Shown here in pieces: positions 11,453 through 23,922 of a stretch of DNA of 64,000 bases (the stretch's first letter is position 1; the number at the start of each line of letters is the position of its first letter). Origin of the DNA: Scenedesmus sp. PABB004 (taxonomy: Eukaryota); assembly GCA_014905635.1 (NCBI GenBank), contig JABVCE010000004.1, positions 806,001 through 870,000 of the forward strand, written 5' to 3'. Both the position numbers and the translations under genes were made by a program. The notes beneath the pieces are model-generated. The model was not told the origin of the DNA. It ran no database searches and worked only from the letters and a program-made list of their open reading frames with translations.

Positions 11453-13033
11453 TCAGCTCCCCGCGTGCCGATAGTCATACAGCACGACGCGCTGCTCGCA
11501 CAGCGCGCCCAGCAGGTGCGCGCCGAGCCGCTCCGACGCGCCGCCCGCAAGCTGCAGCACCGGCGTCGGCAGGCGCGCCCACGGCGCCGGCGGCGCGAGC
11601 TCCGCGCCGCTGCCGCACCCCCAAAGCCGCGGCGCGCAGCTCGCCTCGTCCGCCGACGCAAAGACCAGGGCCTCGTCGTCGAGGCCGGGCAGGCGCGGCA
11701 CGACGAAGCAGCCGTGCGTCATCGCCACCGCGCTGCTGTGGCCGCCGAGCCGCAGCGTCGACGCGAGCAGCCGCTCCTGCCCGGCGCGCACCGCGTCGGC
11801 GACGCCGCCGGCGCCGCCCGGCGCGGGCAGCAGGCCCAGCTGCGCGAGCAGGTGCACCGGCGCGCCGCCGGCGCCCGGCTGCGGCGCCGGCGCGGCGCCG
11901 GCGCCCGGCTGCGACGCCGCGGGCGGCGGGCCCGCCCAGCCGCGCGGCGCGCGGAACGAGAGCGCCAGCACGCCCTGCGTCGGTGCCGCAGCGAGGCCCT
12001 CGCAGGTGCCGCCGTGCCAGTGAGACGAGAGGAGGGGCTCAAACCCTTGGTCGCGGCCCCAGGCAAACGCCCCGCCGGCGCACGCGACGAGCGCCTCGGG
12101 CGCCGCGCCGCCGCGCTCGCGCGCGAGCGCCTCCGCCTCCCCCGGCTCCAGCGCCGCGAGCGAGTGCAGCTGCTGCATGGGGCCGCGGCCGGTGCCTGTG
12201 GCGCCGCCGCCCGCGGAGACGAGCAGGAGCGCCGTGCTGCCGCCCTTGCGCAGGTCAGCGAGGGCCAGGCGGCCCTTGTCCAGGCCCAGCAGCAGCTGGT
12301 GCTCGTTGCCCCCGCACCACGCGACGCTCCACACCTGCCCCTGCGGCACGGGCACGCTGCCGGGAGGCGCGGCGCGGCGGCGGCGGCGCGCGCGGCCTCA
12401 GACACGCGTGCTGCGCTGGGAAGCAGGGCTTCCCAGCCCCGCCCGCGCCGCTCCGCGCCGCGCGGCCGCGCCGCGCCCACCTGGCAATGACGTTGCCGCT
12501 GGCCAGGCTCGCGATCTGCAAGCCGGCGCGGTCCGTGGCGACAGCCACGCGCCCCGCCTGGCCGCGCGGAGCCAGCGCGATGCCGCGCACCACGCCGCAC
12601 CGCGCGGGCAGCGCGATGTGGGCGGGCGACTCCGGGCACACGAGGCTGACCTGCACGAACGCGGCGCGGCGGCGGTGGACGGGGCAGGCGGGGTGGCGAG
12701 CCCGCACAGCCGCCGCCGCGGCGGCCGCGCGCCGCTGCGCACCTTGCGCAGGCGCGTGGTGCTTGGGTCCGGCATCTCCCCAAGCAGCAGCAGCGCGCCC
12801 GGCACGTCCAGGTTGAAGCAGCGCGCGCTGCCCGCGGCCTCAAACGTCTGCAGCGGCTCAAAGGTGCCCGGCAGCGTCAGCCGCGCGCTGCCGCCGCCGG
12901 CAGCCGCCGCCGCGGCGTCGGGCAGCACCGGCAGCAGCGCCAGCAGCGGCCCGGCGCCCGCAGCGTCCGCGGCGTCCGCGCGCCGGCCCCCGCCGACGGT
13001 GTCCGCCGGGTGGGGCGACGCTGGCAGCAACAG

Positions 13034-13082
<49 letters not shown>

Positions 13083-14018
13083 GCCTGGTGCTGCGCGAGC
13101 GCGGCCCGCCGCTCCGCCGCCTGCGCCGCCGCCACCGCGGGCGCCGCCTGCTCCCCGGGCCGCTTCTGGCCAGCCAGCCCGCCGCCCGGCGGCGGGCCCC
13201 ACTGCTGGTGCTGCCACTGCGGCGCGCCACCCCACGGCCGGCCGGGGCCGCTGCCGCCCGGCCCTGCCTGCGCATACGGCTGCGCCGCCACCCCGCCGCC
13301 GCCGTAGCCCGGCGGCGGGCCGCCCCAGCCGCCCCGCCCGGCCTGCGCCTGCGGCGGCGCGCACGCCTGCTGCCGGCTCGCGAGCTGCCGCGCCATCTCC
13401 TGCGGCGCGCGCGCGCACACGCAGCAGCGTGAGCGCAGCGCGTGCGCTCCCGCCCTGCGTCGCGGGCCGCCGCGGGCGCCGCCGCACCTGCAGCTGCGCC
13501 TCCAGCGCCGCCGCGCGCTGCGCCTCCGCCGCCCGCGCGCGCTGCGCCGCCTCCAGCGCGCGCTCGAGGTCGGGCGCCGCCGCGCTGCCGGGGGCAATGC
13601 GCGGGAGGTTATACAGGAGGGTCACCTGCTTGGGCCGCGCCCTGCACGCGCGGCGGCGCAGCCGGTGGACCCGCGTGAGCCGCCGCACGCGGCGGTCGGG
13701 CGGGCGGGGGGGGGGGGGGGGGGGCTGGCAGCGGCGGCCCCCGTCGCCCGCGGCGCGGCCGCGGCGCAGTGCCAGCGTCCCACTTTGCGTTGCACTGCGG
13801 GCAGCGCGGCTTCTGGCGCAGCCAGGCGTCGATGCAGGCCTGCCCGAACACGTGTCCGCACGGCAGCGCCGCGGGGCGGTGCCGGCCGGCCTCGTGGATG
13901 TCATCGTAGCAGATGCTGCACATGGACGCGGCATCCTCCGCGCCCGCTGCCGGCGCCGGCGCCGGCGCCGCGTCGTTGCCGCCCGGCTGCGTCTGCGGCG
14001 CGGGCGGCGCCGGCGGCG

Positions 14019-14056
<38 letters not shown>

Positions 14057-14286
14057 GCGGCGGCGCGCGCTGCGTCGCCGTCGTCTTCATCGCTGCTGAT
14101 CATCACCGCTGCGGCACGGGCGGGCGCGGCGGCGCGCGTGGGCCACGGGCGGCAGCAGCGGCGGGCGCAGCCGGTGCTGCACGCCAGCGCCCGCAGCGAC
14201 TCACGCTCGTCCGCCGCCGCCGCCGCCGCCTCCGCCTCCTCGTCGGCGGCGCGCCGCCGGCCACCGCGGCGGGTGCGCGGCGGCAT
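11453..14286 (-). CDS. RFWD3-like RING E3 ubiquitin ligase (RING + coiled coil + WD40-like C terminus)
   Basis: CSICYDDIHEAGRHRPAALPCGHVFGQACIDAWLRQKPRCPQCNAK, then a coiled coil, poly-Q, and WD-like VWSVAWC..HQLLLGLDKGRLALADLR. Confidence 0.8.
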
Positions 14287-14660
14287 GGGGCGGCGACCGC
14301 GGCCGCCGCCACCGCCGTCCGACCGCTGCCGCCGCCGCACGGCCGCAACTGCTGGCTGCTGCGCGGCCACCACAGCGGTCCCGACGGCTCCGTGCGCACG
14401 GGGGCGGACACGCGAGGAGTGGGGGGCTGGGCGGCGCGGCGCGCGCTTCGAGCGCGCCGCTTCACCCGCCGCGGCTCGGAGTTGGGGTTTGCCCGGCATG
14501 TCGCTGATCGCGCGTGTCGCTCCCGCATCCACAACGCGAGCGCGCGACCACGGTGCACGCTGCCGCGAGCCGCTGCTGCCGTGTGCGCGCCGCTGCCGCG
14601 CCGCCGCCGCGACGCGCGCAGCCCCCTGCCCCCTCCTGCGCCGCTTCGACACGCGACGCC

Positions 14661-15427
14661 ATGCTCCTTGGGCGAAAGGTGAGGGCGCCGGGCGTTGCGC
14701 TGCGAGCAGGCGGTTGGGTTGTTGCGGCGCGCCGACCCCGGCGCCGTTCGCGCCCTCCCGCGCAGGCCCTCCCGGGCCCGGTCACGGGCCGCGCCAGCGG
14801 CCGGGCGCTGCCGGGGCAGCTGGCGCGCGCCGCCGCCGCCGCCAGGTCTCCGAGCGCCAGCGCAGGCTGGCGCGCGGTGCAGCCGCGCGTGCGCACGCGC
14901 GCGGCGCCCGGCGGCGCCGAGCCGGGCGGCAGCGGCGCGCTGCCGGCGGGCTGGGGTGACGCCGCAGGTCCGCCCGCCGGCGGCGCCGACGGCGACGTGG
15001 CGGCGCAGCTGCCCAAGGCCGCGCCGTCGGGCGGCGGCGCCAGCGCGCTGTCGTCCCAGGTGGGCGCGCTGCTGCTGCCGCGGCTGGCACCCCTGGCTGG
15101 CACTGCCTGGCCAGGCGGGCACCGAGCATTGACACCGCCTCGCACCGCCGCCCGCCCACGTCGCCAGGACGGCGGCCTGGACCACCCGCCGGGCTTCGTG
15201 GCGCGCCGCCTGCTCGTGTTTGGAGGCATCCTGCTCGGGTGCGCGCGCCGACGGGCGGAACAGCAGTGGCCGGTGGCGCCCGCATCTACGGCCGCCGCGG
15301 CCCACACCCACACACATCCGCCGCCGCCGCCGCCGCGCAGCTACACGTGCCTGTACCTCAACCGCGGCACGCTCACGTTCTCCGCGCCGGTCATGACGCA
15401 GGACCCGCTGCTCGGCCTCACCAAGGC

Positions 15428-15463
<36 letters not shown>

Positions 15464-18013
15464 CGCCTGGCCGTTGCCAGCGCGCGCGCCGCGCGCCGCC
15501 TGGCCCTTGCCAGCGCGCGCGCCGCGCGCCGCCGCCGTGCCGCGACCCGCCGCCGCCGCGCCGCCGCCGCCGCCGCGGCGCCGCCGCCGCCGCGGCCGCA
15601 GACCGACATCGGCGCGATGACCTCCGCCTTCCCCGCCGCGTACGGCCTCTCCAAATTCCTCGGCGGCATGCTCGGCGCCGCGTTCAGCCCGCGCCTGATG
15701 CTCGCGCTCGGGCTCATCGCCACGAGCGCAATCAACCTGGCGTTTGGCTTCACGAGCGGCGTCGTGTGGTGGACGGCCATGTGGGCGGCCAACGGCGGCA
15801 TCCAGGCGCGCGCGCCGGGCGCGGGGCGCGCGGCGCGCGGCGCGCCGCCGCCGCCGCCGCACGGCCCCCGCGCGCGCGGCGCGCCCACGCGCGCCTCCGC
15901 GCCGCGCGCAGGGCCTCGGCGCGCCCGCGTGCGCGATGCTGCTCACGCGCTGGTTCGCGGCCAGCGAGCGCGGCCTGTTCTGGGGGCTGTGGAACATCAG
16001 CACCAACCTCGGGGGCTTCCTCTCGCCCATCATAGTCGGTGCGCGCGCTTGTCGCAGCCGCCGGCGCAGCCGCCGCCCGGCGCGGGCGCGGGCGCGCGCC
16101 GCGCCGCGCCCGCCGGCTGGCCCGACCGCGCCGCCCGCGTCGCCACGCGGCGCAGGCTTCCTGGCGAAGCACTACGGCTGGCAGTGGGGCATGATGGCGC
16201 CGGGGCTGTTTGGCCTCGCCGCGGGCACGGTGCTGCTGTTTGTGCTGGCTGATAAGCCGGAGGACGCGGGTGCGCCCGCCGCGCACGCGGCGGCGCGCAC
16301 ACAGCGCGCGGGGCGGGGCCGCGGCGGCGCCGCGCGGCGCGGCCGCGGCCGCCCCCGACCCCCGACTCCCGACGCCGCCCGCCGCCGCCGCCGCCGCCGC
16401 CGTGCGCTCGCCGGCCCTGGCCGCCCGCCGGGGCCCTGGGGCAGGCTTCCCGCCCGTGGAGGCGGCCAAGGCGCCCGAGCCCGGCGCGAAGCAGCAGTCG
16501 GCCGCGGCGGCGCTCGGGGAGAGCATGCGTGAGGTGCTCACGAGCTGGCGCACCTGGGTGCTGGCGGTGGTCTACTTCTTTGTGTATCTGGTGGGCATGT
16601 GGCTGGATGGTTGGGACTTAAGACTTGAGGTTTAGGGCTTAGGGATTAGGGTTTTGTTATGCCGACAGGGGCGGCTCTGGGCGCTCGCCGCGCCGACGCG
16701 CGCGGGGAGGTGGCCCGCGCACCGACGCGCGCCGCGCGCCGACGCGCGCCGCCGCGCGCCGCCGCGCGCCGCCGCCGCGCCAGGTGCGCCAAGGGTGCAC
16801 CAGCTGGCTGGTGTTTTACCTGCTGGAGGCCAAGGGCGCGGTCGACGCCGCGGCGGCCGCCATCACCGTGTCGGGTGCGTCGAGTCGATTGGAGTCGATC
16901 CGATCCGCGGCCCGCACGCGCCGCGCCAGCTGCACAGGGCGCGGCCGGGCACGCCCGCGCGGGCTCGCCCGCCACACGAGTGCGTCCGCGGCGCGCCCGC
17001 GCGCGCGCAGGGCTCGAGCTTGGCGGCCTCGTCGGCGGCACGCTGTCGGGCGCGCTGTCCGACGCGAGCATCAAGGCGGCCAAGAGCGACCCCGGCGCGG
17101 GGCTCGTGGGCCGGCGCGTGCAGGTGCTCGCGCGCGCGGCGCCGCGCTCGGCGGCGGCGGGCGCGGACCGGGCGGCCCCGCGCGGTGCCCCTGCCCCTGT
17201 CTGCCCCTGCCCCTGCCACGCCTTCTCCAGCCGCACACACACGCTTGCGCACGCGCCGCACGCACACGCGCCCAGATTGTTATGGCCTACACCGCGGCCT
17301 GCATCGGCATGCTGATCGTGCTGCGCGGCGTGCCCGCCGGCGCCGCGACGCTGCAGTGGGTCGCCATCGGTGCGCCGCCGACGCCGGCGCGGGCCGCTGC
17401 AGCACGCCCCCCCCCCCAGCCTCGCTGCTGACTCGCCGCGCCTCCGCCGCCGCCCCTGCCACTGCCGCCGCCGCGGCCGCCGCCGTTGCGCAGCCGCGCT
17501 GGGCTTCTGCATTTATGGTGCGCGCCGGGCCCCGCCGCCGCCGCGCCGCGCCCACCGCCAGACCTCGGCGGCACCGCTCACGCCCGCCCGCTCGGTGCCG
17601 CTCCCGCGCCCCGCCCCGCGCAGGCCCTCAGATGCTGATCGGGCTGTGCGGCGCGGAGCTGATCAGCCCGCGCTCCGTCGGCGCCAGCCAGGGCATTCTG
17701 GGCTTGATCAGCTACGCCGGCGCTGCGGGGGCAGGCATCCCGCTCTCCTTCTTGCAGGCGCGCCGCGCCGCCGCGTGCGCTGGGCGCGCGCAGGGCGCAG
17801 GGGCGGGGCGCGCCCGGCGCGCGTGGACGGCCCCCGCGCCGACGCGGCCGCGCTCGCCCGCCCGCCCGCGCTCCGCCCCCGCAGGCGCGCTACGGCTGGG
17901 ACGGCTACTTCAGCGCGCTGCTGGGCGCGTGCGTCGTGAGCCTCGCGCTGCTCGCGCCGCTCGCCAACGCCAAGAGCTGGGCGCAGACGCAGCGCGCGGC
18001 CAAGGCCGCGTGA
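14661..18013 (+). CDS. uhpC: MFS sugar-phosphate/phosphate antiporter, UhpC/GlpT family, with N-terminal transit-like extension (multi-exon)
   Basis: YTCLYLNRGTL..AYGLSKFLGG..NGGIQ|GLGAPACAMLLTRWFAASERGLFWGLWNISTNLGG..YLV|RQG..LELGGLVGGTLSGALSD..GPQMLIGLCGAEL..GASQGILGLISYAGAAGAGIPL. Confidence 0.9.
16625..16655 (+). repeat. Interstitial telomere-like repeats (NTTAGGG x3 plus a degenerate unit) in an intron
   Basis: ttgagg tttaggg cttaggg attaggg tttt forms an AT-rich island in a GC-rich intron. Confidence 0.7.
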
Positions 18014-19211
18014 GCGGCGCGCCGTGCGGGCGGGCGGGGGGGGGGGGCTCCGCGGGGGTGGTCAGAGCCGGGGAGGGAGGGGCACACCATCGCTTGACAA
18101 ACCGGCGGCTGCTCGACTGTCTGCGGGGCTGCGCTGTGCGGAGCTCACGGTTGAAGGGGGGGGGGGTGACGGCGCGCATCAGATGACGTGGCTCGCCAGG
18201 CCAGGTCGGGTGCACCACGCGGGCGCCGAGCTGGGCCAAGCTCAAGCTAAGCAGAACTGAGTTGAGACGACGGGCTTGAGGGGCTGACAGCGCGGCGAGC
18301 GCGGCGGGCTGGGGCGGGGCGGCTCCGGCGCGGCGAGCGCGGTGACGAGAGCGCGCAGTCGGTCGGTCTTCACTCAACTCTGAGTAACCGCAGGCGTTGA
18401 CCAGGTCGTCGTCGTGACCATTCTTCACACACGCGCGCAGCAGCCCACAGCACGCTGTCGCGCCGACGATGCGTCAAGTCCTGCGCGCGCACACAGCCCA
18501 TCTGCCGTCAGCCGTGCGCGTTGTGCGTCTCGCGCGGACAGTTGGCTGTCGCCAGCCAGCCAGCCGCGCCGCAGAGAGAGGGATCAAAGAGATGCAGCGG
18601 GCAAGCAGCCAGGTGCTCAAACGGGGCTGCTGATGGTGAGTTAGCTTTAGAGTGCACCGACCGATGACGTGGGTGGGAGTGCCGACAGTGCGTGCACCGA
18701 GGCGGCGGAGCAAAAGAGAAAGGAAGGGACGTTCTTTCTTCATAGAGTAGCTCATTCATGAGCTAAAGCTGAGCAGGCGAGGCGCCCACGGAACCCCGCG
18801 CAGCCTTGCGGCGGCCAACGCTGCGGACATGCAGCCACTCCCACGCGTGCAGACAGACAGAGCCAGCCCTTGCGTGCGTTTGAGTCGATGACGCTGTGGC
18901 CCAAACCTCGGAAGCCCCCCTCCCATTGCTCGCCCCGAGCTGAGACAAGCCAAAACCGTGCCTGAGCTGCGCCCTCGAGCGCTCGAGCCCACAGTGCGCG
19001 CCGCGCAGACGAGCCGTCAGCCCGACCGACCCCAAAGCGCGCGGCGCGCACACACGTGCATGCGGAGCCCCCTCCCAAAGCCTCGCAGGCTCAGCCACAA
19101 GGCCAGGGGGCCCAAGCAATCTAGCGCCAAGTCAGGGAGGAGGAGCGAAGTGAGCAGTGCCCAGGCGGCCCTCATTTGAACGCGCGCGGTTGTGCGCGGA
19201 TCGCGCCGCCT

Positions 19212-22200
19212 TCACTCCGGCGACAGCGCGTCGGCCTTGGCGCGGATGAGCGTGCGGCGCGAGTCGGTCGTCACAGAGCCCATCACCAGCTGGCAGGCGG
19301 GGCCGCCGCCCGGCAGCGGCGCGATGGCGTCGCTCGCGGCGGCGCGCGGGCCAAACACGACGCCGGTGCAGAGGGAGAGCTCCGAGCACGCGCCGGTGCA
19401 GGCGCCGAGGCTGGCCGCGCCCGGCGCCGCGCGCAGGCTGCCGGGCGCGACCGCGGCGGCCGCGGCGGCGCCGCCGGCGTAGTAGGTGAACTGACCGCTG
19501 CCCATGCCCTTGGCCGTGACGGCCGCGGGCTCGGCGCCGGCGCCGGCTGCGGCGCCGCGCGAGAACGGCTCCACCGACTTGGCGGAAAACTCAGCCTTCA
19601 TCGCGAGGCCGCCGTGCGTCGCAAAGGCCGCGCCAGGAGCGGCGCTGCCGGGGCTCCAGAGCGTGCAGCCGCCGGTGGCGTAGTCGTGCGTCGCCGCGGC
19701 GCAGCCGTCGTCGCCGCGGCACGCCTCCACGCACGCCGCGAGCGTGCCGCCGGCGCCGCCGGGCGCGGGCGCGACGCCCGCCGCGCCGGGGAGCAGGTCG
19801 AGCCAGAACGCGCCGGCCGGCACGGCCTGGCTGAACTCGGCGAGACAGTCGCTCGGCGAGGACGCGAGCGCGGGGCTGGTGGCCGGGGGCGCGTAGGCGT
19901 CCTCCGCCTCCCAGTCAAACACGTACGTCCGGTCGGCGGGGCACGCCAGGCAGGCGCTCGCGCCGCCCCGGTACTCCGGCGCCGGGCCGTACGTGCCGCC
20001 GCCGCAGGGCCGGCACTCGGTGCCGCGCCCGGTCGTGCCCCAGCCCGCCGCGCAGAGGCCGCACGCGGCCGCGGCGCGCGCGCCGGCGTCGGCCGTGGTC
20101 GTGCCGGCGGGGCAGGGCGTGCAGGGCGCGCCGCGCGCGAGGGTGCCGTCCGAGAAGCTTCCGCGGGGGCAGGGCCCCGTCGCGCCGCCGTCGTTGCTGC
20201 CGTAGCCGGCCGCATGCAGCGAGCACGCCTCGGGGCTCGCGGCCCCCGGGCCGGCGGTGGTGAGGCCGAACGGGCAGCTGCGCGGCGACAGCGGGGACGG
20301 GCGGCGGCGCTTGAGCGCGGGCGTCGGGCGGCACGGCGGCCAGCCGCGGGCTGCTGCGTCGGCGCGGCAGGCACTCACGCGCTGCAGGGCAGCAGGTTGC
20401 CGCCGGCGTTGTACGTCCCGGCGGGGCAGAGCTGGGCGTGGCCGCCGAAGTAGCCCCAGCCGGGGGGCGTGGAGCACGCGGCCACGCTGAAGAAGCCCGC
20501 GCCGTCAGGCGTCGGCGCCGAGCCGCCGGAGGGCGTGGCGAAGCTCGCCGCGCGCAGCGCGTCGCCCGCGGTGACCGTGCCGGTCGGGCAGGCGCGGCAG
20601 GGCGCGACGGCGCGGCCGTAGCGGGCGCGGTCGGCGCCGTAGGTGTCCGGCGGGCACACCGCCGCCTCGCGCTCGCCGGTGGACGGCACGAGCGTCACGC
20701 CCATGCCGCGCTGGACGAAGCAGCTCTCCTCGCTCCCGCGCACGGCCAGGTCGGCGCCGCCGGCGGCGGTGAGCGTGAGGGTGCGGTTGGAGAGCCACGG
20801 CCCGGGGCCGCAGGGCGTGCACGCGTCGGCGCGGTCCCAGCCCTGCGTCGCCGGGCGACGGCACGCGCGGCGGCGGCGGCGGCGGCGGTGGGCTGCCGCT
20901 CGACCGGGCCGAGAGACGGGCGCGGCCGCAGCGAGCGAGCACGCCCCGCCGCCGCCGCCCGCACCTCTTTGAACGTGCCGCTCCCGCACTCGGCGACGTC
21001 GCCGCCGTCGGCCGGCAGGAACCAGCCGGGCGGCGCGACGCACTCGTCGCCGCTCGCCGCGCCGGGGAGCGGCGCGTCGCCCTCCGCCGCGGGCTCCTGG
21101 CCCTGCTGCGTCCACATGCCGCGGGGGCAGCGCCGCGGCGCGCCGTCGCCGCCGGCGTCGCCGCCGGCGCAGAAGAAGCCGAGCGGGCAGGCCGCCGCGG
21201 CGCCGAGCGCCTCGCCGTCGGCGAGCGCGCGCTCGAGCACCTCGCGGCGCGCGCTGACGGGCGCAAAGCCCGGCAGCAGCACGCGGCACGCGGCGCTCGA
21301 GTTGGCGCCCGCGCCGGCGGTCGTCACGCCGGGGCCAAAGACCTCCGAGCACGGCGTGCAGCTGTCGTCCGCGTTGTAGGTGGCAGAGAATTCGCCCACG
21401 GGGCACGGCGCGGCGCTGCCGTCGGCCTGGAGGAAGGACCCCGGCGGCGCGCGGCAGACGTCGGCGCTCGTGTGGCTGCCGGACGCGTCCTCGGGGTCGG
21501 TGCGCAGGCCTGCGGCGGGCGCGCGGCGGGCGGCGGTCGGTCGGTCCGCGGCCGGAGGGGCGCGCGCCCACGCGCGCGCGCGGCGCGCATGCATCGGCGG
21601 CGCACCCGAGGGGCACGGCGTGCAGCTGGTCTGCGACTGGAGGCCCTCGCTATACTCGTCATCGCCGCAGGGCAGCACGACGGCCGGCGGCGCGTCGGCC
21701 GCGGGCGCGGCGGTCGCGGCGCCGCCGCGGGGCTTCGCGGCGGCAAAGACGTAGCCGGGCTCGTTCACGCACGCCGCGGCCGTCGCCGCGCCGCGGCCGA
21801 GCGTGAGCGTGTGCTTCGCGCACTTGCGCACCGCGCGCGCCACGGCGGCGGGCGCGTTGCTCGCGGGCGCCTGCGCGAGCGGGACGGGCGGGGGCAGCGG
21901 CGGCGGGCGGTGACGCCCGGCCCCGCGGCGGCGGCGCCCGCGGTCGCCCGTGCGGCGCTGCGGCTGCGCACCAGGCAGTAGAAGCCCTTCCTGCACGGCG
22001 CGCACGCTCCGGCGGCGGTGGCCAGGCTGCCCGCTGCGCAGACGCAGGCGGCGCCGTCGGGCGCCACCACGCGCCCGCGCGAGCAGGCGGTGCAGCGCCA
22101 CGCGCCCGATGTCGGAGACTGTCGACAGGCCTCGCAGTCGGCAATGGGGCACTCGGCGTGCAGCACGCGCGACTGCGCGGGCCTGGACCAGGCCAGCACG

Positions 22201-22250
22201 CAAAACAGCACGGTCGCTAGCGCCACTAACGACCGGGGTATGCTCGCCAT
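19212..22250 (-). CDS. Secreted cysteine-rich repeat protein (ephrin-receptor-like/GCC2-GCC3 repeats; PAN/apple-like C-terminal segments)
   Basis: Signal peptide MASIPRSLVALATVLFCVLAWS. Many CxxCPxGxY/F repeats (CAPCRKGFYC, CPVGEFSATYNADDSCTPC, CPAGTYNAGGNLLPC). TLAACVEACRGDDGCAAATHDY..CTL is PAN-like. Confidence 0.8.
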
Positions 22251-22728
22251 GACTAAACGAACGTCTCGGGCGGCCGGCGGACGGGGGGCGGTGCTTGGGC
22301 GGGCGGCCGGGCCTGTTGCAATGTTGGTGCGTCGGTGGGCTCGCTTGGGTCTCGCTTGCGTCTAGTGAACGGTTGAGGTGTCGCTGAATGCGGGGCAGGG
22401 GCAGGCGGACGGCGGATGATGGCTGGAGCGGCAGAGCAGGCCACCAGTCCCTTCCTGCTGATCTTCGTCGCGAGCTCTGGCCAGCTCGGGCTAGCCCGAG
22501 CTAACCGCGCACATTGGGCCACCACGATGTCGCTGGCCGCACATCGGGCCCGCACGAGCGGTCGCGAGCGGTCTCGAGCGGCGGCGCCGACGTACAAAGT
22601 CGGTGACCGGCGAGCAGTGTTGTTGCCAGCGCGGCGCGGCCCGGCCCGACGGCCCGGCCGCTGCGCAGCCGGCCCCCTGCGCCGCCGCCAGCGCGCGGGC
22701 GCCGTGTCGCGCCCCGCTCCCACCGCCG

Positions 22729-23891
22729 TCAGCGGTGCGACCAGGTGTCCCCGTGCGTCAGCACGCAGCCCGGGCCGTCGTGCGGCGCCGCGCTGCTGCT
22801 GCGCGCCGCCGGGGGCTGCTGCCGCTGCGCCTGCGCGACCTTGAGCCCCAGCGCGCGCGCCAGGAACTGCTTGCGGCACAGCAGCCGCACCTGCGCGCGG
22901 GGCGGGGCGCGGGGCGGGGGCTCGGCGCGGCGCCGCGGCGCCGCGGCGGCCGCGCGCGCGCGCCGCCGCGCTGGCGCCGCCGGGCTGCTGCCCGCAGCGC
23001 GCCGCGCCGCGCCTGCTTCATGTACACCTCCGGCGCGAGCTTGCCCTGCAGCATCGCCTTCTCCAGCACGAGCAGGCAGTCCTCCACGGCGAGGTCCTCC
23101 GCCTGCGCCGCGAGCGCCTGCCGGCTGAGGTCGTCCGCGGGCACGATGACCTTATTGACGTCGAGAGCCTCGCCCCCGCCGCCGCCGCCGCCGCCCGCGG
23201 CGGCCGCCTGCAGCCCCTCGGCCTTCCACTCGTGCGCGGCGAGCCACGCCTCGAGCGCGCCCGTCTGGCGCCCCAGCTGCGCGACGAGGCCCTCCGTGCC
23301 GGCGCGCTCCTGCTGGATGCCAGAGACCTGCGGACGGGCGGGCGGGCGCACGCGGGCGCACGCGCGCTCAGTGTGCGCGGCGCGGAGCTGCAGCAACGCC
23401 GCGGCCGCCGCCGCCGCGCATCGCCGCCGCCGCCGCACCATGCCCTGCAGCTGCTGGTCGCGCGACACGAGCTTGCGCTGCACCTCCAACAGCGCGTCCA
23501 TCTCCTCCGCCGCGTGCCGGTTGTACGCGTCCAGACCGGCCTGCAGCCGCCCCACCAGCGCGCGCGCGGCAAGCGCCTGCAGCGGCGGCGCGCGGCGTGC
23601 GGCAATGAGCGCGGCTGGAGCGGCGCGCAGGCTCTCGCGCGCTGCGCTGCTGCACGCCGCGGGCCGAGGCCGCCCCTCCCCGCGCGCGCTCCCAGCGGCG
23701 CGCACCTTGAAGTTTTCGGCCAGCTCCCCCGCGTGCTGCGCCTTGGGGTGCGCCGCGGCGGGCGCGGGCGGCGGCGGCTGCTGCGCGCCAAACCCGCCGC
23801 CGCCCGGCGGCCGCGCGACGCTGCTGCCGGCCGCGGCCGCGGCGTACGCGGGGCCCCACAGCGCGTGCCCCGCGAGCGCGGGGTCGGGCGC

Positions 23892-23922
<31 letters not shown>

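Noticed and set aside
17910..18428. ORF MKNGHDDDLVNACGYSELSEDR as a real gene
   Set aside because: It has a GTG start, overlaps the UhpC 3' end in antisense, and has no recognisable domain.
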